From the NCBI GenBank assembly GCA_965215185.1, contig OZ244034.1, positions 1,344,001 through 1,408,000 of the forward strand: a stretch of 64,000 nt of DNA, read 5' to 3'. The DNA comes from Acidimicrobiia bacterium (GTDB lineage Bacteria; Actinomycetota; Acidimicrobiia; Spongiisociales; ZC4RG35). Under the pieces are notes generated by a model. The model worked only from the letters and a program-made list of their open reading frames with translations. It searched no databases and had not been told where the DNA came from. How positions within the stretch are numbered: the stretch's first letter is position 1; every line of letters starts with the position of its first letter. Shown one piece after another: positions 55,732 to 64,000 of the stretch. Made by a program: the position numbers and the translations under genes.

Positions 55732-57380
55732 TGGTGGCGGGAGGCAGACTCCTCCAATGCGGCCTGCTCGGATTCCCGTCGACGGCGGTGAACCACCGCT
55801 TTCTCGATAAACCCGGCAAACAGCGGATGAGGGTTATCCGGTCGGGATAGAAATTCGGGATGAGCCTGAGTGCCAACGAAGAACGGATGGGTGGGTAGCT
55901 CGATGAACTCCACCAGCACCCCGTCGGGAGACATCCCGGACAACACCATCCCCCCTTCGACCAGAGCTTTGCGGTAGCGCGGGTTTACCTCCCAGCGATG
56001 CCGATGCCGCTCGTAAACCAGATCCGACCCATAGAGTTCCCGCACCAACGATCCACTGGCGAGACTGGCCGGGTAAAGACCCAGTCGCATGGTTCCGCCC
56101 TTGTTCTCCACTCCCTCTTGGCTGCTCATCAGGTCGATCACCGGATGGGGTGTGTCAGCGTCGAATTCGGTGCTGTTGGCGCGGCTCATCTTCAGCCGAT
56201 TGCGGGCGAACTCTATCACCGCGCACTGCAGACCCAGGCACAGTCCCAGGAAAGGCACCTCGGCCCGGCGAGCATAGGCAATCGCCGAGATCTTCCCTTC
56301 AATTCCTCTTCCCCCAAAGCCCCCCGGTACCACGATCCCGTCCAAATCGGACAGCACTCCCGGCACCAGCATCCCGGTGAGATTCTCCGAAAGAATCCAG
56401 TCGATCTCCAGCTTGCGGCCCGCCCCCGCCGCGGCGTGGCGAAGCGACTCGACCACCGAAACGTAGGCATCGGGAAAGTCCACATATTTGCCGACCATCC
56501 CTATCCGCACCGGGTCCGTGGCCGAGTCCATACGGGCCAGCATCTCTCGCCAGCGGTCCAAGGCCGGCGGCAGGGTGTGCAGAGACAAACGCTTGCAGAC
56601 CACCTCGTCCAAACCCTCCTCCTTGAGAACCAGCGGCATGCGGTAGATGTTGTCGGTATCCGCCGCGCTGATCACCGCCTCCGGCGCCACGTCACAGAAC
56701 AAACTGATCTTTTGGCGGATGGCCTCATCAATGTTCCACTCGGAGCGGACCACGATCACATCCGGGGCGATTCCCTTGGAACGAAGCTCGGCAACCGAAT
56801 GCTGGGTGGGCTTGGTCTTCATCTCCTCGGAGGTCTTCAGAAAGGGCGCCAGTGTGACATGAATGTAGGCGATGTTGTCATGACCTAGCTCTTTGCCGAA
56901 TTGGCGGATAGCCTCCAAGAATGGCAGGCTCTCTATGTCGCCGACCGTGCCCCCCACCTCGGTGATCACCACATCGGCGTTCGACTCCTCACCCAGCCGG
57001 CGGATGCGAGATTTGATCTCGTTGGTGATGTGGGGAATAACCTGCACCGTGTCACCCAGGTAGGCGCCCCGGCGTTCCTTTCTGATGACCGCCAGGTAGA
57101 CCGACCCTGATGTGACGTTGGAAAGCTGACGCAGGTGCTCGCCGGTGAACCGCTCGTAGTGACCGAGGTCCAGATCGGTCTCTCCCCCGTCGTCGGTGAC
57201 AAACACCTCCCCGTGCTGGAAGGGGTTCATGGTGCCCGGGTCCACGTTTATGTACGGGTCGAGCTTTTGGATCACCACCTGCAGGCCCCGGCTCTTGAGC
57301 AACCTCCCCAAAGAGGCGGCGGTGATGCCCTTACCGAGACTGGATACCACCCCGCCGGTGATGAACACGTATCGGGTCAT
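55728..57380 (-). CDS. pyrG: CTP synthase
   Basis: [32 protein letters not shown]. Confidence 0.98.
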   Translation of the reverse strand: MTRYVFITGGVVSSLGKGITAASLGRLLKSRGLQVVIQKLDPYINVDPGTMNPFQHGEVFVTDDGGETDLDLGHYERFTGEHLRQLSNVTSGSVYLAVIRKERRGAYLGDTVQVIPHITNEIKSRIRRLGEESNADVVITEVGGTVGDIESLPFLEAIRQFGKELGHDNIAYIHVTLAPFLKTSEEMKTKPTQHSVAELRSKGIAPDVIVVRSEWNIDEAIRQKISLFCDVAPEAVISAADTDNIYRMPLVLKEEGLDEVVCKRLSLHTLPPALDRWREMLARMDSATDPVRIGMVGKYVDFPDAYVSVVESLRHAAAGAGRKLEIDWILSENLTGMLVPGVLSDLDGIVVPGGFGGRGIEGKISAIAYARRAEVPFLGLCLGLQCAVIEFARNRLKMSRANSTEFDADTPHPVIDLMSSQEGVENKGGTMRLGLYPASLASGSLVRELYGSDLVYERHRHRWEVNPRYRKALVEGGMVLSGMSPDGVLVEFIELPTHPFFVGTQAHPEFLSRPDNPHPLFAGFIEKAVVHRRRRESEQAALEESASRHQ

Positions 57381-57426
57381 GGTCGGGGCTCTGTTCTTCT
57401 GGACACGAAGGCCAAGATACCAGAAA

Positions 57427-59034
57427 TTAGTTGATTTTCTTGCTTTTTCCCTCCCACAGGGCGTTCCTCAGCACGTACTTTTGGACCTTTCCTGTGGAAG
57501 TCTTGGGCAAAGCCTCCACGATTTCCACCACATCGGGCGCCTTGAAATGGGCAAGACAGTCGCGAACATGGGCGATGATCTCCTCTGGCTCGGCGCTTCG
57601 GCCCTCTTTCAACACCGCGAACGCCTTGGGACGCTCTCCCCAGTAGTCGTGAGGCATAGCCACCACCGCGGCTTCCAGCACCGCCGGGTGGCTGACCACC
57701 GCTTGCTCGACTTCAATAGTGGAGATGTTTTCGCCGCCGGAGATGATGATGTCCTTGGCCCGGTCCCGAAGCTCTATGTAGCCGTCGGGATGCCAAACCG
57801 CCAGATCGCCAGAGTGAAACCACCCGCCTCGGAAGGCTTCCTCGGTGGCGGCGGGATTGTCGAAATAGCCCGACATGACGATGTTGCCCCGCATCACCAC
57901 CTCGCCCATGGTCTCTCCGTCGCGGGGGACGTCATTCATCTGGTCGTCCACCACCCGGATCGGGTCGGCGCCTACCATCGCCACTCCCTGACGGGCCATG
58001 AGCCGCGCTCGCTCCTCCGAAGACCTAGCGGCCCAGTCCCCCTGGGCTTCACAGACCGTGTAGGGACCGTAGGTCTCAGTCAGACCATAGACATGCACCA
58101 CCTTGGCGCCCAGTTCCTCCATCTGTCCGATGATCGTCGGACTGGGCGGAGCGCCAGCCGTGGTTACCGTCAGGGGAGCATCCAGGGGGCGGGCATCGGG
58201 ATGGTTGGCCATCCCCACCAGCACGGTGGGCGCGCCGTTGAGATGGCTGATCCCCTCACTTTGGATGAGACTCCAGATTCGGTCGGGGCGCACCGCCCGC
58301 AAGCACACATGGCATCCGCCCACCCCGGTCACCGCCCACGTGGTACACCAGCCGTTGCAGTGAAACATGGGAAGGGTCCACAGATACACCGAATCGCTAT
58401 CGAACCCGGAGTGCACCACCTCACACATGGCGTTCAGATAGGCCCCCCGATGGGTGTACATCACTCCTTTGGGGCGGCCGGTCGTCCCCGACGTGTAGTT
58501 GATGGAGATGGTCCGGAACTCGTCGTCGGTGCGCCACGGCAGGGGATCGTTGCTGCCTCGCTCCAGAAACTCCTGAAAGGGAATGGAATCGGCTGGCCCG
58601 GGGATGCCCAATGCATCGATGGTGATTACTTCATCCAGGTCCGAGCAGTCGCCCAGAGGCGGCGCGGCGGTGGTGAGCAGTTCGGTATCCGCCACCAGCA
58701 TCTTGGCGCCGGAGTGGGACAGGATATAGGCGATCTCCGCACCGGAAAGACGGGTGTTGATTGCCACCAGCACCGCCTTTGCCAATGGCACCCCGAAGTG
58801 GGCGATGAGCATCTCGGGGATGTTGGGACACAGATAGGCCACCCGATCTCCAGGTCCGATTCCCGACGCCTGAAGCGCTCGGGCCAGCCGGGTGGCGTGG
58901 TCGGCCATCTCCTGGTAGGTGATCCGCTGTGACCCGTGGACGATGGCGGTCTTATCGCCGAATACCTGGGCAGAGCGCTCCAGGTAAAGAAGAGGAGTAA
59001 GAAGGGTCTCGTCGACCCGCGGCGGGCTGCTCAA
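57427..59034 (-). CDS. acyl-CoA synthetase (AMP-forming; medium-chain/DmdB-like family)
   Basis: [39 protein letters not shown]. Confidence 0.92.
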   Translation of the reverse strand: MSSPPRVDETLLTPLLYLERSAQVFGDKTAIVHGSQRITYQEMADHATRLARALQASGIGPGDRVAYLCPNIPEMLIAHFGVPLAKAVLVAINTRLSGAEIAYILSHSGAKMLVADTELLTTAAPPLGDCSDLDEVITIDALGIPGPADSIPFQEFLERGSNDPLPWRTDDEFRTISINYTSGTTGRPKGVMYTHRGAYLNAMCEVVHSGFDSDSVYLWTLPMFHCNGWCTTWAVTGVGGCHVCLRAVRPDRIWSLIQSEGISHLNGAPTVLVGMANHPDARPLDAPLTVTTAGAPPSPTIIGQMEELGAKVVHVYGLTETYGPYTVCEAQGDWAARSSEERARLMARQGVAMVGADPIRVVDDQMNDVPRDGETMGEVVMRGNIVMSGYFDNPAATEEAFRGGWFHSGDLAVWHPDGYIELRDRAKDIIISGGENISTIEVEQAVVSHPAVLEAAVVAMPHDYWGERPKAFAVLKEGRSAEPEEIIAHVRDCLAHFKAPDVVEIVEALPKTSTGKVQKYVLRNALWEGKSKKIN

Positions 59035-59795
59035 CTGCTGCTCCAGACCGGAACCCGTTTTTCGATGAAGGCGCCCATTCCCTCTTGGGCATCGTTCATT
59101 GCCGCGTTCGCCACCATCACTCTCTTGGTATGTTCGTAGGCATCCTCTTCTGCCATCTCCACCTGCTGGTAGAAGGCGGCCTTGCCCAGCCCCACCACCG
59201 CCGGACTGGAGTCGGTGAAGCGGTCCAACAAGGCGTTCACAGTGTCATCCAACTCGGCCGGACTCACCACTCGGTTGACCAGACCCCATTCCCGGGCGGT
59301 CAGGGCATCGATCGGTTGGCCGGTGAGCAGCATCTCAAGCGCTCTCTTTCGTCCCACCGCCCGGCTTAGGGGCACCATGGGGGTGGAGCAGAACAGGCCG
59401 ATCTTCACTCCCGGGGTGGCGAAGGTGGCGGTATCCACCGCCACCGCCAAATCGCAGGAGGCCACCAGTTGGCACCCGGCTGCATAAGCCGGTCCATGCA
59501 CTCGAGCCACCACCGGCTGGGGAATGCGGTGGATAGTGAGCATCATCTCGGTGCAGATGTCGAACAGTTCCTCTACAAATCCGGGAGCGGGATCGATCAT
59601 TTCTTTCAAATCATGTCCGGCCGAGAAGACCGGTCCCTCGCCGGCGATCACCACCGCCTGGCAGTCGGAGTCGAGGCTGTTGAGCGCTTCGATCACTTGT
59701 CGCATGGTCTGCATCCCCAAAGGATTACGGCGACTGGCCTGATTGAGAACGATGCGGGTAACCGGCGGGTCGTTTTTAACTAGTACAAAGCTCAT
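59031..59795 (-). CDS. crotonase-superfamily protein, ECHDC3-like
   Basis: FSAGHDL, AAGCQLVASCD, TPGVKIGLFCSTP; ATG 59795. Confidence 0.9.
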   Translation of the reverse strand: MSFVLVKNDPPVTRIVLNQASRRNPLGMQTMRQVIEALNSLDSDCQAVVIAGEGPVFSAGHDLKEMIDPAPGFVEELFDICTEMMLTIHRIPQPVVARVHGPAYAAGCQLVASCDLAVAVDTATFATPGVKIGLFCSTPMVPLSRAVGRKRALEMLLTGQPIDALTAREWGLVNRVVSPAELDDTVNALLDRFTDSSPAVVGLGKAAFYQQVEMAEEDAYEHTKRVMVANAAMNDAQEGMGAFIEKRVPVWSSS

Positions 59796-59915
59796 CCCCT
59801 TCAGAATAGGCGTTTTTGCCTCCAAGAGACTCCTACCGTCGGGGATCACCTGTCTCCACAAACCCCGCCTGGCTGATTCTGGGTCGAACGGCGAAGGAGT
59901 CTGATTTCTGGTAGT

Positions 59916-62042
59916 TTGAGGTGCAGGTTGCCAGCATTAACAAAGATCCTGAAGAACTACTTCTCCTTCCCATGGGGGGCGGCTCGCCGCCGGGTTGGCC
60001 TGCTTCTGATGAGTGGTGGTGGCTACCGCCGCGCAGACGATGGTCCCGGTGGGTCCGGTTGGGGCCGCCAACGGGGAGCAGTTTTCGGATATCGAAGAGG
60101 CGGGATCTCACCGACCGGCTGTGGAGCGACTCGCTGAACAAGGAATCCTGGAGGGAACCGAATGCGCCCCCGGAGAGTTCTGCCCAACAGAACCCATCCA
60201 ACGGTGGGTGATGGCCGTGTGGCTGGTCCGCGTAATCGACAAGACCGAACCCACGGCAGTGGAAGCCAGCCGGTTTGCCGACGTGGACAACGACCAGTGG
60301 TGGATGACCTATGTCGAGCGTCTCGCCGACCTGGGCATCACCCGAGGCTGCGCCGCCCAACCAGCGAGGTACTGCCCCACCGAGGAGCCCGTTACACGCG
60401 CGCAGATGGCGTCGTTCTTGGTCCGCGCCTTCCAGCTTCCCCAGGGACCCTCAAACCAGTTCACCGATACCGCGGGCAACACCCACGAAACAGACATCAA
60501 CGCCTTGGCCACAGCCGAAATCACCATCGGATGCGCCACCGAACCGGCTCTCTACTGCCCTTCACAAGACACCACCCGCGCCCAGATGGTCACCTTCCTC
60601 ACCCGAGCCCTTGACCGCAACCCGTCTCAGACGCCGGAGGGCAGTTTCACCTCAGTCTCAGCCGGTTCATTCCATGCGTGCGCACTATTGACCGACCGTT
60701 CCATCACCTGCTGGGGCAACGACTACGACGACCAAGCCACGCCACCAGTTGGCGAGTTCACTTCTATCGCCTCCGGCGACTATCACCCTTGCGGTATCCG
60801 CACCGATCAAACCGCCTCATGCTGGGGAAGCAACACGTACGGTCAGACCACCACACCACCGGGAGAGTTCACCGCCTTGGCCACCGGTTGGTTTTCTTCG
60901 TGCGGCATCCAGGCCAATCGCACCGTCAACTATTGGGGTGACAATACGCACGGGCAGATCGAACCCCCCAGCGGACAGTTCCCCGCTTTGGCATCTGGAA
61001 CCACCCATGCCTGCGGCATCCGCACCATCACCTGCTGGGGAAACAACACGTACGGTCAGGCAATCTCACCACAGGGAGAGTTCACCGCGGTGGCAGCGGG
61101 AGCAGTGCATAGCTGCGGCATCCGCACTGACCTCACTCTCGCCTGCTGGGAAAGTACACCGCCATCGCCACCGGTATCGACCACTCCTGCGGCATCCGCA
61201 CCGACCGGACTATCACCTGCTGGGGAAACAATGACGAGGGCCAGGCCGATCCACCCGACGGGGCGTTTACCGCCGTCACTGCCGGCTGGGATTACACCTG
61301 CGCCTTGGGCAGCAGTCGGACAATCATCTGCTGGGGCCAAAACATCTCCGCTCAGGGCACTCCGCCGGAAGGGAAGTTCACCACCATCGCCGCTGGTTGG
61401 TACTACACCTGTGGATTGCGCTCCGACAACACCCCCGACTGCTGGGGCTCTTTGAGTGGTGACACTCCGCCGGAGGGAGATTTCAGCTCAATGGCTGCCG
61501 GTGGGTACCACGCCTGCCTGCTCCGCAACGATCTCACCGTCAACTGCTTCGGATGGAACAAGTCCGGCCAAGCCGACCCACCAGATGAAACCTTCATTGC
61601 CCTGGCGGCCGGGGAAGCTCACACCTGTGGATTGCGCAACGACCGGACCATCTTCTGCTGGGGCCGAAACGACTTCGGACAGACCGACCCGCCCTCTGGC
61701 AAGTTCCTTACCATCGCCGCCAGTTGAGACTACTCCTGTGGATTGCGCAACGACCTCACCATCACCTGCTGGGGGCGCATCCATCGCTTCTTCGATCCAC
61801 CACCAGGAGAGTTCATCGCCATCGGCGCTGGATCGCGCCATGCCTGCGGCATCCGAACCGACAACACCATCGACTGCTGGGGATACAACTCGGTTGGACA
61901 GGCCAGTCCGCCAGATGGCAAGTTCATCGCTATGGCCACCGGATGGCAGCACTCCTGCGGGGTGCGTGCCGACCAGAGCATCGCCTGCTGGGGTCATACC
62001 AAAACAATTCCCCCGCCCAACGATGTGCGTTTCGTCCCATGA
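59916..62042 (+). pseudogene. secreted 3xSLH + RCC1/BLIP-II-like repeat surface protein, disrupted
   Basis: Signal peptide split at ~60012; three SLH domains; 13 repeats; frameshifting deletion ~61150; in-frame TGA 61725-27; start approximate. Confidence 0.85.
60640..62010 (+). repeat. 13 degenerate tandem coding repeats of ~111 bp (37 aa)
   Basis: Unit G.F..IAAG..HxCGIRTD.TI.CWG.N..GQ..PP. Confidence 0.9.
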
Positions 62043-62081
62043 CAGACGGGAAACACGGAAAGCTAGGGATCGCAGCAGGAA

Positions 62082-63680
62082 TTACGATCTTGAGGTGGCG
62101 GTCCCCAACAGTTCCCGAGCGGCGCTTCGTCCCGACACGCTGTCGGGATCGCCCGACATCATCCGGGTCAGTTCCGCCACCCTGCCCTCTCCGCTAACCA
62201 GCCTCACCGATGCCGAGGCTCCCTGGCGTTCGATCACCCAGTGCTGATCGGCGAAAGCCGCCACCGAAGCCAGGTGGGTTACGCACAACACCTGCGCGCC
62301 CTTGGAGACCGCCGCCAGCTTGCGGCCCAAGGACAAAGCCGCCGCGCCTCCCAGCCCGGCGTCCACCTCGTCGAAGACCATCGTGGTAGCGGTCCCACTT
62401 CCCGCCGCCAGCCTTAAAGCCAGCACCAGTCTGCTCAACTCTCCTCCCGAGGCGACCCGCCCGACCTCGCCGGGCGCCAACCGCTCGTCAGAGGAGAACA
62501 GCAAGCGAACCCGGTCACATCCGTTCGAACTCGCCGGACCCCCCGAAATCTCAAAGCGCAGGACAGGTCGGCCAAAGCCCAACTCTTGAAGATGCTGCAG
62601 GGCGGTCCCGGCCAGCTCACGGGCCGCTCTCCGTCGTGCCTCCGACAAGGCCTCGCCCCATCGGGTAACCTCTCGTTCAGCGTCAGCCAGATCATCCTCA
62701 AGATCATCGGCGGTGACCAGCAACTCTTGGATCTCATCACGCCGACGAGCCGCCCTGGCGCCGAATTCCAACACCTCGGCCAAGGTGGACCCATACTTTC
62801 GGCGCAGATTACCCAACCGGGCCAAGCGCTGCTCCAACTCCTCCAGCGTCCCGAAATCGGCATCCAAACCCTCAGCGGCGTCCTCCATTTGATATGTGGC
62901 CTCCCCCATTAGACGCTCCACCGAATCGACCACCGACATCACCCCTTCCAATCCCGGATCGAACGCCAGAGCGGCGTTCAATTCGCCCGAGGTCCCCGAC
63001 CAGGCCTCCTGAGCCGCCGCCAACCCTTCACCCGCCCTACCCAGATGCCCCCGCAGAGCCTCCCGATTGCGAAAACGGCGAACCTCAACTATCAGCCGCT
63101 GGTCCTCATCGGGAGAAAACCCCGCCGCCTCAATCTCGTCAGCCTGAAAAGAGACCATGTCCAATTCGCGCTCCAAAGCCGCCCGACCCCCGCCCAGAGC
63201 GGAGCGCATCCCCTCCAACCGGCGCTTTTCTTCCCATCTCTCCCGATAGGAAGCATAAGCCTGTTTTCCCAGCTCGTCCAAAGTTGCGTCCAGTATCTCC
63301 CGCACCTGCCCGGAGCGTCGCAGGCGGAGATGGTCCTGCTGGCCGATGATCTCCACCAAGTCACCCACCGCCTGGGAAAGAGAGGCCGTCGACGCCACCA
63401 TGCCGTCCAGATACCCCCGGCTTCTCCCCTGCTTGGGCACCCGGCGGGTGACAGCCACTTCCTTCCCATCCACGATCCACCGGCCACCCGCCACCGCTTC
63501 TTCTCCAAACGGCCCCACCGCCTTGGAATCGGCGGCGCCGCCGATCAGCAGTCGCAGGGCGCCCAGTAGCAGAGTCTTCCCCGTGCCGGTTTCCCCGGTT
63601 ATCACCACCAGTCCCAGACCGGGCCTCAACTCCGCCCCTTCTATCACCCCCAGGTTCTTGACGATCAGTTCGTCGAGCAT
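62082..63680 (-). CDS. recN: DNA repair protein RecN
   Basis: Walker A TGETGTGKT, ASGGELSR, FDEVDAG, CVTHL. Confidence 0.95.
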   Translation of the reverse strand: MLDELIVKNLGVIEGAELRPGLGLVVITGETGTGKTLLLGALRLLIGGAADSKAVGPFGEEAVAGGRWIVDGKEVAVTRRVPKQGRSRGYLDGMVASTASLSQAVGDLVEIIGQQDHLRLRRSGQVREILDATLDELGKQAYASYRERWEEKRRLEGMRSALGGGRAALERELDMVSFQADEIEAAGFSPDEDQRLIVEVRRFRNREALRGHLGRAGEGLAAAQEAWSGTSGELNAALAFDPGLEGVMSVVDSVERLMGEATYQMEDAAEGLDADFGTLEELEQRLARLGNLRRKYGSTLAEVLEFGARAARRRDEIQELLVTADDLEDDLADAEREVTRWGEALSEARRRAARELAGTALQHLQELGFGRPVLRFEISGGPASSNGCDRVRLLFSSDERLAPGEVGRVASGGELSRLVLALRLAAGSGTATTMVFDEVDAGLGGAAALSLGRKLAAVSKGAQVLCVTHLASVAAFADQHWVIERQGASASVRLVSGEGRVAELTRMMSGDPDSVSGRSAARELLGTATSRS

Positions 63681-63684
63681 CTGC

Positions 63685-64000
63685 TCACAGTCCGAACCGC
63701 TCGGTTACCATGGCGGCAAACCCGATCTCCTTCAGCGCCACGAACATCGCCGGGCGCGGCCCTCGGCGCACCACCACCTCGTCACCCATACCCAAAGAAG
63801 CGGTGTTTCGGCCATCCACCGACACCTGCACCGGCCGATCACGGGTCACCCGACAGCGGATCACCGAATCGGGAGAGAGCACCAGCGAACGGGAGAACAG
63901 TGAATGGGGAGCGACCGGGGTCATCACCAGGGCATCCACCCGGTTGTCCAAGAGCGGACCCCCCGCCGAAAAGCTGTAGGCGGTGGAGCCGGTGGGCGTG
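63685..64000 (-). CDS. nadK: NAD kinase (3' part; start outside window)
   Basis: TPTGSTAYSFSAGGP, PVAPHSL, SVDG; directly upstream of recN. Confidence 0.92.
   Translation of the reverse strand, partial: TPTGSTAYSFSAGGPLLDNRVDALVMTPVAPHSLFSRSLVLSPDSVIRCRVTRDRPVQVSVDGRNTASLGMGDEVVVRRGPRPAMFVALKEIGFAAMVTERFGL

Noticed and set aside
41956-61727. In-frame TGA codons (41956-58, 61725-27) as stop-codon recoding or selenocysteine
   Set aside because: TGA terminates many core genes here, often in ATGA overlaps, and both affected genes have additional frameshifts
60640-62010. Tandem repeats as a CRISPR array
   Set aside because: Units are degenerate ~111-bp coding repeats conserved at protein level, with no identical repeat/unique spacer pattern and no cas genes
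1-64000. rRNA, tRNA, tmRNA, RNase P, T-box or transposase genes
   Set aside because: No recognisable signatures by eye; a tRNAscan-SE/Rfam scan of the few gaps over 150 bp would be needed to exclude them fully

Overview
GC-rich core-chromosome segment of an actinobacterium. Gene content points to class Acidimicrobiia, and the SLH/RCC1 surface protein, DUF1640-like coiled coil and probable Na+-PPase hint at a marine or sponge-associated lineage (inference). Most genes are on the minus strand. Main blocks, left to right: ccdA/MATE/nth; tandem thyX; dnaE, rhomboid, rluD, lspA, dksA-like, yggU; an oppositely oriented type-2 ileS; a dcw cluster lacking murF (mraZ to ftsZ-pgeF-yggS-sepF-yggT-divIVA); dinB-DUF3040-McdR-like MerR-HNH; hppA; polX; decayed Tad pilin genes; ispD plus a degenerate head-to-head paralog; and the nadK-recN-pyrG-nudF-xerD-scpAB-rluB-aroA-cmk string, extended by an atypical pyrCDEF block and interrupted by three accessory inserts. 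I saw no rRNA, tRNA, CRISPR array, prophage or intact IS. The strongest candidate for something new is a modified division apparatus. The conserved FtsZ C-terminal peptide (DIPxFLR) survives only in a shifted frame that runs into pgeF, SepF has lost its KRxxDF motif, and murF is missing. The operon is flanked by dense regulatory DNA/RNA: three MraZ-repeat arrays, an mraW-type hairpin masking the rsmH start, paired MerR-type boxes at ftsZ and a candidate divergent sRNA. Accessory surface genes are selectively pseudogenised. All calls are by eye, without database searches.
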